A stretch of 64,000 nt of DNA from Myxococcota bacterium (GTDB taxonomy: Bacteria; Myxococcota_A; UBA9160; JAFDDA01), in assembly GCA_965228475.1 (NCBI GenBank), contig OZ245817.1:4256001-4320000 (forward strand), written 5' to 3'. Below the pieces are notes generated by a model. It was given only the letters and a program-made list of their open reading frames with translations. It was not told the DNA's origin and searched no databases. Shown here piece by piece: positions 48,507 through 62,911 of this stretch (position 1 is its first letter; every line of letters begins with the position of its first letter). The position numbers were made by a program, and so were the translations under genes.

Positions 48507-50490
48507 GGTCTTCCTCCGCGGGCGCTTCGGCCGTTACGACGGCGGGCTCTTCCGGCACGACCTCCGGCTCTTCGGGAATCACTTCGGGGAGCGGCCCGCT
48601 CTCGGGCGTCTCCTCGGGCAGCACCTCTTCTTCTTCGCGCTGGAAGACGCCCTGCTTCTTGTCCCACCAGACCTGCAGGATGCGCCCGGCGATCGGCGCT
48701 GCCGCGGTGCCGCCGGAGCCGCCGTGTTCCACGAGCACCACGACGACGATCTCCGGGTCCCGCGCCGGCGCGAAGGCGGTGAACCAGGCGTGGTCCCGGT
48801 GGCTCTCGCGGATCTCGTCTTCGTCGAGGTCCTCGGTGTGGACGAGGCTCACGACCTGGGCCGTGCCCGTCTTCCCGCCGACCTCGAGGCCCTCCACGCG
48901 CGCCCCGCGGCCGGTCCCGCGCGGGGCCTCCACGACGTCGATCAGCGCATCGCGCACCCGGTTCAGGTGCTCGATCGCGATCGGCACCGCACCGCGCTCC
49001 TCGACGGGCGTCTCTTCGACGAGACCTCCGTCCCGGTCCGTGCGGTGCAGCAGGTAGCGCGGCTTCACCTGCCGCCCGCCGTTCACCAAGGCCGCCGTGG
49101 TCACCGCGAGCTGGAGCGGCGTCGAGAGGTTGTAGCCCTGGCCGATCGAAGCCGAGATCGTCTCGCCTTCGATCCACGGCTCGCCGCGGCGCGCGAGTTT
49201 CCAGGCGGTCGTCGGCACGAGCCCGGCCTTCTCCTGGGGCAGCCCGATGCCCGTGGTGCGGCCGAAGCCGAAGCCGCGCGCGAAGTAGGCCATGCGGTCG
49301 ATGCCGAGCTTGCGCCCGACCTCGTAGAAGAACACGTCGCAGGATTCGACGAGCGATTGGTGGAGGTCCACCCAGCCGTGCCCCGCGCGCTTCCAGCAGC
49401 GGTAGGTCCGGCGGCCGAGCTTCCAATGGCCCGGGCAGAAGACGCGGTAGTCGGCGGGGACGAGCTCCTCTTCGAGGGCCGCGGCGGCGACCATCGGCTT
49501 GTACGTCGAGCCGGGCGGGTACTGGCCCGAGAGCGCGCGGTCGTGCAGCGGCTGACGCCGGTCCTGGGAGAGCGCGCGCCAGGTCGCCGTGTCGATGCCA
49601 CCCACGAAGTCGTTCGGGTCGTAGCCCGGGCTCGAGGCGAGAACGAGCACGTCGCCGTTGCGCGGATCGATCGCCACCACCGAGCCCGCCGCGGGCCCCT
49701 CGCGGTCGGGGCGGACGAAGCCTTCTCGCGCAGCGCGCTGGAGGTCCCAGTCGAGCGTCAGGACGGCGTTGCCGCCGGGCTGGGGCTCGACTTCCTCGAG
49801 CACCTCGACCTCGCGCCCGGCCACGTCGATCACGACGTTGCGCCCGCCGGCGCGCCCGCGCAGGTGGCCTTCGAGCGACGCCTCGACCCCGGATTGGCCG
49901 ACGACCTCCCCCGCCCGGTAGTCCGCGAAGGCGCGCGTCTCGAGCTGGGCCTCGCGGACCTGGCCGAGCGTCCCGAGCAGGTGCGGGGCGAAGTCCCCTT
50001 CCACGTAGAGCCGGTGGGGACGGATGTCGGTGGTGACGCCGGGGAGTGCGTAGCGGTGGGACTCGACGCGGGCGAGCTCGTCGCGCCCGAGGTCGCCGAC
50101 CAGGTTCACGGGCTGGAAGCGCCGGCGGCCGCGCGGACGGCCGAGGCGTTCGCGCAGGGTCTCCTCCTCGGCCTCGACGAGCTCCGAGAGCACGGCCCAG
50201 GTCTTCTCCGGCCGCCGCACCTCCGCCGGGATCACCTGAAGCGAGAAGGCCGCGCGCGTGGTCGCGATCGCACGGCCTTCGCGGTCGACGATGTCGCCGC
50301 GCGGCGCCTCGAGCCGCACCGTGCGGATCCGGTTGCGCTCGGAGCGCAGCCGCAGCGCCTCGCCTTCGATCACCTGCAGCTGGAACAGGCGCAGGCCGAA
50401 GATCGCGAAGGCCGCGATCACCACGACGAAGATCCAGGCGACCCGCCGCTCGATGTGCGGCTCGAGGCCCGTGCCGAGGTTGCCCTGCAC
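48493..50490 (-). CDS. mrdA: Penicillin-binding protein 2
   Basis: APRGDI.DR, PGSTYK (SxxK), SCD, KTGTAQ, DHAWF. Confidence 0.96.
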   Translation of the reverse strand: MQGNLGTGLEPHIERRVAWIFVVVIAAFAIFGLRLFQLQVIEGEALRLRSERNRIRTVRLEAPRGDIVDREGRAIATTRAAFSLQVIPAEVRRPEKTWAVLSELVEAEEETLRERLGRPRGRRRFQPVNLVGDLGRDELARVESHRYALPGVTTDIRPHRLYVEGDFAPHLLGTLGQVREAQLETRAFADYRAGEVVGQSGVEASLEGHLRGRAGGRNVVIDVAGREVEVLEEVEPQPGGNAVLTLDWDLQRAAREGFVRPDREGPAAGSVVAIDPRNGDVLVLASSPGYDPNDFVGGIDTATWRALSQDRRQPLHDRALSGQYPPGSTYKPMVAAAALEEELVPADYRVFCPGHWKLGRRTYRCWKRAGHGWVDLHQSLVESCDVFFYEVGRKLGIDRMAYFARGFGFGRTTGIGLPQEKAGLVPTTAWKLARRGEPWIEGETISASIGQGYNLSTPLQLAVTTAALVNGGRQVKPRYLLHRTDRDGGLVEETPVEERGAVPIAIEHLNRVRDALIDVVEAPRGTGRGARVEGLEVGGKTGTAQVVSLVHTEDLDEDEIRESHRDHAWFTAFAPARDPEIVVVVLVEHGGSGGTAAAPIAGRILQVWWDKKQGVFQREEEEVLPEETPESGPLPEVIPEEPEVVPEEPAVVTAEAPAEEDRAAN

Positions 50491-50655
50491 CTAGTGTCCC
50501 GTCCCAGGAGTTCGCCTGCATTCGGCCGCCGCTGCGGGCCGCTGGCTGCGTTGCGCTCGCTCGCCGTGGCTGGCCATGGCTGCGCTCGCGCGCCTTGCCA
50601 GCGGCCCGCAGCGGCGCCCTCGGTACGACGGCGAACTCCTGGGATGGGACACTAG
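50491..50655. mobile_element. Non-autonomous MITE-like palindromic element with CTAG at both ends
   Basis: 22-bp TIRs with 1 mismatch (50495-50516 / 50630-50651); 20-bp inner inverted repeat (50527-50546 / 50597-50616). Confidence 0.85.
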
Positions 50656-51176
50656 GCCTCCCGCCGCCGCGGCGCGAGCTCGACGGCGCGCCGGTCCTCT
50701 TCCGAGAGCATGCGGACGATGCCCGCCATGGCCGGAATCACGAGCGGCGCAAAGAGCGCGTCGAAGCCCGCCTGGCCGACCACGCGCCCGAAGGCGGGCC
50801 ACGGTGCGTCGATGCCGAACAGCCGCGAGAGCGCGACCGTCGCGAGCCCGTTCACGATGGAGAGCCCCGCCACCACGACGAGTACGGGCACGCCGCGGCG
50901 CAGGTCGAGCTGCGCGCCAGCGATGCGCGTGACGGCGAAGAAGAACAGGAAGAGCAGCGAGTGGTGCCCGAGGAGCGCGCCGGCCAGCACGTCGGTCAGG
51001 ACGCCGAAGGCCGCCACGAGCGCCAGGCCGAGCGCGCCCGGCAGCGAGAGACCGAGGCCGACCACGACGAGCAGCGCGAGGTCCGGCGTCATCGCCGCGG
51101 GCACCACGCCGGAAAGCACGCCCCGCAGGATCAACAGGAACGTGCCGAACGCAAGCAGCCCCAGGGCCGCCCTCAT
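50652..51176 (-). CDS. mreD: Rod shape-determining protein MreD
   Basis: Hydrophobic, PDLAL, G.L.D motif; position in the mre operon. Confidence 0.85.
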   Translation of the reverse strand: MRAALGLLAFGTFLLILRGVLSGVVPAAMTPDLALLVVVGLGLSLPGALGLALVAAFGVLTDVLAGALLGHHSLLFLFFFAVTRIAGAQLDLRRGVPVLVVVAGLSIVNGLATVALSRLFGIDAPWPAFGRVVGQAGFDALFAPLVIPAMAGIVRMLSEEDRRAVELAPRRREA

Positions 51177-51230
51177 CGACCGGACTCCCCGTGCGTCATC
51201 GCCGCGGCTCGCTTCGCGCGTCCATCCGCC

Positions 51231-52109
51231 TCACTCCGACATCGCGGCGATCGGATCGTCGTAGAGAAGCTCCATGGTCGGCGCGCGCCAGAGCATCACG
51301 AAGACCTGCTCGAGCCGGCCGAACTCGACCGACGGGCGCAGGATCGCCTTCTGCGTGAGGCCGTAGGGCGAGGAGACGATGTCGACGACCTCGCCGATGC
51401 GCAGACCCTTCGGGTAGACGCCGTCGAGGCCCGAGGAGATCACCTGGTCGCCCACGGCGACGTCGGCGCCGGAAACGACGAACTCGAACTCGAGCCGGTT
51501 CGTGCCGCGCCCCCGCACGATGCCGCGCGCGCGGCTCCGCTGGACGATGCCGTCGACCGCGCTCTGGCGATCGAGCAGCAGCATGGTGCGGCCGGCGTTC
51601 TCGGAGGTCGCCGTCACGAGGCCGACCACGCCGGCATCCGTGATGACCGGCATGCCCGAACGAACGCCGTGCGAGTGCCCGCGGTCGAGCAGCACCGAGC
51701 GGAACCAGGGCGAGACGTCCTGGCCGACCACCTCCATCGGCAGCATCGGCGTCTCGAACTCGTCGCGCATCTCCGCGATGCGCTGCAGGCGCTCGCTCGC
51801 GACGAGCGCCTCGCGGTACTGGAGGTTCTCTTCACGCAGCGCCGAGACCTGCGCGCGGAGCGCTTCGTTCTCGGCGGCGACGTCGACGAGATCGACGTAG
51901 CGGTTCCAGGTGTCGCGCACGAGATCGACGGGCGTCGCGATCATGCGCTGGATCGGGACGGTGACCTCGAGCACGAGCCCGCGGCCGAAGCCGAGCTCCG
52001 CCTCGCCGCGCTCGTTCGCGCGCCGGTCCGAGTGCATGCTGACGAGGGACAGCACGGCGATCAGGCCGAACAGGAGCGGCACCCGGAGCCTATGCAGGAA
52101 GTCGGGCAT
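51231..52109 (-). CDS. mreC: Rod shape-determining protein MreC
   Basis: TM, coiled coil (ENEALR), LDRG, GVVG, SSG..GVYPKG. Confidence 0.94.
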   Translation of the reverse strand: MPDFLHRLRVPLLFGLIAVLSLVSMHSDRRANERGEAELGFGRGLVLEVTVPIQRMIATPVDLVRDTWNRYVDLVDVAAENEALRAQVSALREENLQYREALVASERLQRIAEMRDEFETPMLPMEVVGQDVSPWFRSVLLDRGHSHGVRSGMPVITDAGVVGLVTATSENAGRTMLLLDRQSAVDGIVQRSRARGIVRGRGTNRLEFEFVVSGADVAVGDQVISSGLDGVYPKGLRIGEVVDIVSSPYGLTQKAILRPSVEFGRLEQVFVMLWRAPTMELLYDDPIAAMSE

Positions 52110-52188
52110 GCGTCGTCATCCCTGCGGGGGGAGGGAACGCGGAGAGCCAACGGGCGGGGCCTGCGGCCTGAAAAACGCCCCAGAAACC

Positions 52189-56812
<4,624 letters not shown>

Positions 56813-57039
56813 GTTCCATCCTCCAACCGACGCCCGGCGATGGCCGGGGACGGAGGTCCGGGAGGAGCGTTCGGTGCGCGCGGCATCTGCCAATCGCGCA
56901 CGTCGGCTCGGTCAACTCTCTTCGGGGGGAACGAAGTTCAGCGTTCGGTCGTGAATCCGGGGTCCCGAGGGACGGACAAACGGGGGATTTGCCATCCCGG
57001 ATTCCGCCACGAGTGTTTCTCCACTCGTGTTCGAAAGCC

Positions 57040-57069
57040 ACAATAGATCGGCGTTCGGCGCTTTGTCAA
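57040..57069 (-). promoter_or_regulatory. Candidate sigma70 promoter of the sigma factor gene
   Basis: TTGACA-N18-TATTGT with an AT-rich upstream region. Confidence 0.55.
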
Positions 57070-57157
57070 AAAGATTGTGCGCAAAAACGCGCAGATGCGA
57101 CGTAGCAAAAAACCCGCGGACTATTTCGCGCGAGGCACGTCGTCCGCGCGCACGAAC

Positions 57158-57739
57158 TCAGACGAACGCGGCGCGCTGGTGCCGGATCAGCGTCATGAAC
57201 TCGTTGCGGGTCTTCGGGTCTTCGTTGAACGAACCCTTCAGCGAACTCGTGATCGCGAAGGCGCCCTGCTGCTGCACGCCGCGCATGAGCATGCAGAGGT
57301 GGCTCGCCTCGATCACCACGCCGACTCCCTTGGGCGCCAGCACGTCGACGATGGTGCTGGCGATCTGGTTCGTCATGCGCTCCTGCACCTGGAGGCGGCG
57401 GGCGTACATCTGCACCAGCCGGGGGATCTTCGAGAGCCCCACGACCTTGCCGTCCGGGATGTAGGCCACGTGGGCCCGGCCGAAGAACGGGATCATGTGG
57501 TGCTCGCAGAGGCTGTAGAAGTCGATGTCCTTCACGACGACCATCTCGTCGTAGTCGACGTCGAAGAGCGCCCCGTTCAGGATGTCGGCCGGATCCTGCT
57601 GGTAGCCCTCGGTGAGGAAGCGGTAGGAGCGCGCCACGCGCCCCGGGGTCTTCACGAGGCCGTCCCGGCCCGGGTCCTCCCCGAGCTCCTTCAGCAGGGC
57701 TTCGATGTACCCCTCGATCGGGTCTCGTTCATCGCTCAT
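57158..57739 (-). CDS. folE: GTP cyclohydrolase I
   Basis: SLCEHH, VGLSK, RLQVQER, HLCM.MRG. Confidence 0.97.
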   Translation of the reverse strand: MSDERDPIEGYIEALLKELGEDPGRDGLVKTPGRVARSYRFLTEGYQQDPADILNGALFDVDYDEMVVVKDIDFYSLCEHHMIPFFGRAHVAYIPDGKVVGLSKIPRLVQMYARRLQVQERMTNQIASTIVDVLAPKGVGVVIEASHLCMLMRGVQQQGAFAITSSLKGSFNEDPKTRNEFMTLIRHQRAAFV

Positions 57740-58172
57740 GGGGGGCTCCATCCTCGTGGCCTCGATATTCGAAGCGGTTGCGCCGGGTTTCCTGGATGCG
57801 GACGCGGCTCAGCCGGGCGGCGCCGGCCTCGGCGATCGGGCCGGCGAGCTGTTCGTGCACCACGCGGGCGACGTTCTCGGCCGTCGAGACGCGATCTTGG
57901 AAGAGCGCGTGGCGCGAGATGTCGGTGTGGGCCAGGGGGCCGAGCACGTGGCGCTCGACGAGGGCGTCGAGGGCCGCGGGGTCGATCACCCGCCCGGTCC
58001 CGGGCTCGACCGGCCCGGTCACCGTGACCTCGACGCCGTAGTCGTGCCCGTGCAGATTCGAGCACTTGCCGTAGAGGCGGGCGTTCTCTTCGTCCGAGAG
58101 CTCGTCGCTGCGCAGGACGTGGGCCGCCGGGAACCGGTAGCGCTTGAGGAGGGAGACCTCGGGGGCGCTCAA
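57729..58172 (-). CDS. 6-pyruvoyl/6-carboxy-tetrahydropterin synthase (PTPS/QueD family), intact motifs
   Basis: [26 protein letters not shown]. Confidence 0.88.
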   Translation of the reverse strand: MSAPEVSLLKRYRFPAAHVLRSDELSDEENARLYGKCSNLHGHDYGVEVTVTGPVEPGTGRVIDPAALDALVERHVLGPLAHTDISRHALFQDRVSTAENVARVVHEQLAGPIAEAGAARLSRVRIQETRRNRFEYRGHEDGAPHER

Positions 58173-58576
58173 GAGAGGGGCTCCACGATCTCGACGGAGA
58201 GGTCGGCGTCCTGGTGGAGCGTGGTGCGATCGAGCATCCCGGCCGGGAGCGCCTCGAGCAGGATGGCCCGGATCACGCCGGCGAAATTCTCGGGGGTGGG
58301 CGGGATCTTCTCGAAGTAGGGCGTGTCCGCGTTCAGATCCCGGTGGTCGAAGCGCGCCATGATCTCGCGCTCGAGGATGCCCTTCAGGTCCGAGAGATCG
58401 AAGACCATCCCGGTGGTCGGATCGACCTCCCCGCGCAGGGTCACCTCGAGGTGGTAGTTGTGGCCATGGGTGCGGGCGGCCGGCCCGAAGCGGCGCGCGT
58501 TCTCCTGCTCGTCGAGGTCACCGTGCCGGTACCGGAGCGATGCGGAGAAATCGATGGATCGGGTCAGTCGCACCAA
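58169..58576 (-). CDS. PTPS/QueD family paralog with degenerate active site
   Basis: HGHNY, GMV.DL, DHRDLN, PTPEN present; FSASLR lacks His and there is no Cys. Confidence 0.82.
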   Translation of the reverse strand: MVRLTRSIDFSASLRYRHGDLDEQENARRFGPAARTHGHNYHLEVTLRGEVDPTTGMVFDLSDLKGILEREIMARFDHRDLNADTPYFEKIPPTPENFAGVIRAILLEALPAGMLDRTTLHQDADLSVEIVEPLS

Positions 58577-58620
58577 GGGTTCGCAAACCTCTTGAAAATC
58601 GAGACGTTGGGGCACCCGGG

Positions 58621-58648
58621 AGGCTAGCTGGGGGCGCCCCGGCGTCAA
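58621..58648 (-). promoter_or_regulatory. Candidate sigma70 promoter of the PTPS-folE operon
   Basis: TTGACG-N16-TAGCCT. Confidence 0.45.
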
Positions 58649-58690
58649 CCGGAGGGGTTTGCGAACGCGTTCCGGAAACCGGCGAGCCGC

Positions 58691-59290
58691 TCAGTAGGAG
58701 CGCAGCAGCCCCGTCACGATGCCGCGCACCTCGACGTCCGCCGCGGGGACCTCGATCGGCTGCATGGTCGGGTTGGCGGGCATGAGGCGGACCGTCGGGC
58801 CGTTGCGATAGAGCTTCTTCAGGGTGGCCTCTTCGCCGCGGATCAGGGCCACGACGGTCTCGCCGTCCTGGGCCTCCTGCCGCTGCTCGACGATCACCGT
58901 GTCCCCATCGCGAATCTGCTCGTCGATCATCGAGTTGCCGGAGACGCGCAGGGCGAACAGCGGCGTGCCGTTGCGGCGAAGCGCCTCCGGCACCGTGATC
59001 TGCTCGGGCACCTCCACCGCCTCGATCGGGATGCCCGCCGCGACCGTTCCGAGCAGCGGGATCTCGAAGCCCGGCTCCTGCTCGGCGACCGGCTCGACGG
59101 AGCGCGAGCGGTTCCAGGCCTTCCGCAGGTGGCCCTTCTGAACGAGGTGCTGGACGTGCTTGTGGACCGTGGCCACCGAGGACAGGCCGAAGTGGCGGCC
59201 GATCTCCTCGAGGCTCGGCGAATAGCCCTTCTGCCCGATGAACTCACGGATGTAGTCGAGGACTTCGCGCTGCCGCTTCGTCAGTGCCAT
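58691..59290 (-). CDS. lexA: SOS repressor LexA
   Basis: LTKRQ, YSPS..EI, VAAG cleavage site, VSGNSM (Ser), ATLK (Lys). Confidence 0.96.
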   Translation of the reverse strand: MALTKRQREVLDYIREFIGQKGYSPSLEEIGRHFGLSSVATVHKHVQHLVQKGHLRKAWNRSRSVEPVAEQEPGFEIPLLGTVAAGIPIEAVEVPEQITVPEALRRNGTPLFALRVSGNSMIDEQIRDGDTVIVEQRQEAQDGETVVALIRGEEATLKKLYRNGPTVRLMPANPTMQPIEVPAADVEVRGIVTGLLRSY

Positions 59291-59487
59291 TCCCGGCCTC
59301 CCTGCCTTCTCAGCAAACTAGTACGCAAACCTTGGGGCGCATCTGAGGTACGAACGCAGGGCCGGCCTGGTTTCACCGCTCCATCGTGACGAAGAAAAGA
59401 CGAAAGCGCCACGCGAAGGCTCAGGCCGTTGATTTTCAAGCGCTTTTCGGAATCGAGACCGGAGAGGCCCCTTTTTGGGGGACTGGA

Positions 59488-59516
59488 CTTGCACCCCCAA
59501 GGCCCGGACCTATGCT
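59488..59516 (+). promoter_or_regulatory. Candidate groESL promoter
   Basis: CTTGCAC-N16-TATGCT just upstream of the CIRCE-like site. Confidence 0.45.
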
Positions 59517-59528
59517 TCGCGCCAACTT

Positions 59529-59555
59529 CTGGCAGGGGAGTACCCACCCTGCCAA
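59529..59555 (+). promoter_or_regulatory. Variant CIRCE (HrcA operator)
   Basis: CTGGCAGGG-N9-CCCTGCCAA, 9-9-9 geometry, upstream of groES. Confidence 0.7.
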
Positions 59556-59685
59556 TTCAGTCTTCAGGGCGGCGCGAGCCGCCCTTCCTTCCCGGGCGGA
59601 GGGCCGAGCAGGGTTGCCGGCCACTTCCTTCCGGATTCCCACCCCGGGCGGGCGCACCGCTCGGGCAGACGGAGAGAGCTCAGCG

Positions 59686-59973
59686 ATGAAGATCCGACCG
59701 CTTCAGGATCGCATCCTGGTCAAGCGCCTCGACAGCGAGGAGACGACCAAGGGCGGGATCATCATTCCCGATTCGGCCAAGGAGAAGCCGCAGGAGGGCA
59801 AGGTCGTTGCCGTCGGCAAGGGCAAGGTCGACGACGACGGCGACCACATCCCGCTCGACGTGAAGAAGGGCGACAAGATCCTCTTCAGCAAGTACGCCGG
59901 CACCGAGGTTCAGGTCGACGGCGACGAGCACATCATCATCCGCGAGGACGACGTCCTCGGCGTGATCGAATAA
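59686..59973 (+). CDS. groES: Co-chaperonin GroES
   Basis: [12 protein letters not shown]...[16 protein letters not shown]. Confidence 0.98.
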   Translation: MKIRPLQDRILVKRLDSEETTKGGIIIPDSAKEKPQEGKVVAVGKGKVDDDGDHIPLDVKKGDKILFSKYAGTEVQVDGDEHIIIREDDVLGVIE

Positions 59974-59988
59974 AGGAGGCCAGAACCA

Positions 59989-61641
<1,653 letters not shown>

Positions 61642-61668
61642 TTCGAGTCTCACGACTCGCTTGCATCG

Positions 61669-61710
61669 AAGGGCCTCCGGAGCGGTTTGCTCCGGGGGCC
61701 CTTTTCTTTC
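61669..61710 (+). terminator. groESL intrinsic terminator
   Basis: AAGGGCCTCCGGAGC...GCTCCGGGGGCCCTT stem followed by TTCTTTC. Confidence 0.85.
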
Positions 61711-61730
61711 TCGTGAGGGCTGCGGGGCCG

Positions 61731-61916
61731 GGCCGGCGGGAGGGTGTCGCGCTCCGCTTCGCTCACGCGTTCTAGAGTTGGAGCGTGGCCCGTCTTGCTC
61801 GTTTGCGGGCGTCGGAGACGTTTGCGGCTCCGGGCCCCCGGTGACGGAATGACTCGACATGAGCTTTGGGTTGCTCGGGAGTCGCGGCGCTCCCGCGCGA
61901 CACCCTCCCGCCGGCC
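61731..61916. repeat. Element bounded by perfect 22-bp inverted repeats (MITE/REPIN-like)
   Basis: GGCCGGCGGGAGGGTGTCGCGC (61731-61752) and its reverse complement (61895-61916). Confidence 0.7.
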
Positions 61917-61960
61917 TTGGGGCTCGGAGGTGGTTCGAGAGGGCGGGATCCCCTCCGTTT

Positions 61961-62911
61961 TCAGGGGCAGGGGGCGGCGTTGCAGAGGTTGTTGCCGGCG
62001 TCGATGCCGCCGCTGACCAGACTGGTGGGGTCGGGGTTCGCGATTGCGTTGTCGCGGTACGCGCTCGTGCCGGAGGAGCGGATCTCGTGGCCGCCCAACG
62101 GGCTCTGCGCGTTGTCGTTCGTGACGTTTCGATGCACGAGGGAGTCGACGGCGACGGCGATGCCATCGGTGCCGTTCTCGCGAACCGCGTTCTCGGAGAC
62201 GACCGATCCGCTGGATCCGTCGATCCCGGCTCCTCCGTTCCCGTGGGACTCGTTTCCTCGCACGACGGAGCGGAGGAACACATCGATCCCGTCCTCGCCG
62301 TTCAGGGCCGAACGGTTGCGCAGCACGATGGACGCGTCGGAGGTGCCGATTCCGTCGGCCCGGTTCGACACCGCATTGCTGTCGACGAGGATCGAGCGAG
62401 GGCCCAGCGAAAAGCCGGCCTGGTTGTCGATGGCCCGCAGCCCGAACACGCTGCTCTCGGCGCCGAGAGCCAGACCGACGGAGCCCATCCCGACGATCGA
62501 GCCGTTGCGAACCTGGACACCCCGCACGAAGAGGCCGAAGTTGATCGCAACGCCGAAACCGCTTCCCACCGACTCGCTGCAGGGCTCGAACGAGGCCGGA
62601 GGCGTGAAGTTGCTGCACTGGATCCGGAAGCCGTTGAGATCGAGCGAGGTGTAGCTCGCCGAGATCAGGATGCCGGTCGTGTCGGAGCCAGAGAAGGTGA
62701 GATCGCTGGTGAGCCGATAGCTCGAACCCGCAGCGCCCGTGATCGTGACCGGGTACCCGGCGGCGTCTCCGGGGAAGCAGCCGGTCTGGGTCGCGCAGAC
62801 GCCGTTGATCTCGGCGACGCCGTCGACGGCCTGCGCCGGAGCCGCGGCCAGGAGCAGGGCGAGGCATCCCCCGCGCAGTGCGCTGCGTGCCGTGCGGTGC
62901 AAGAGACTCAC
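61961..62911 (-). CDS. Secreted Cys-capped right-handed beta-helix protein (paralog 2)
   Basis: Signal peptide; VDGVAEINGVCATQTGCFPGDAAGYPVTI...LDLNGF; repeated V..N....N...GI coils; C-terminal GNNLCNAAPCP. Confidence 0.85.
   Translation of the reverse strand: MSLLHRTARSALRGGCLALLLAAAPAQAVDGVAEINGVCATQTGCFPGDAAGYPVTITGAAGSSYRLTSDLTFSGSDTTGILISASYTSLDLNGFRIQCSNFTPPASFEPCSESVGSGFGVAINFGLFVRGVQVRNGSIVGMGSVGLALGAESSVFGLRAIDNQAGFSLGPRSILVDSNAVSNRADGIGTSDASIVLRNRSALNGEDGIDVFLRSVVRGNESHGNGGAGIDGSSGSVVSENAVRENGTDGIAVAVDSLVHRNVTNDNAQSPLGGHEIRSSGTSAYRDNAIANPDPTSLVSGGIDAGNNLCNAAPCP

Noticed and set aside
48520..48640. Degenerate VxPEE repeats in the PBP2 C-terminal tail
   Set aside because: An ordinary low-complexity acidic tail
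56960..57000. GGCAAA in the sigma leader suggesting a c-di-GMP-I riboswitch
   Set aside because: The downstream GNRA/receptor and ACGCAAAG elements are missing; kept only as a generic structured leader
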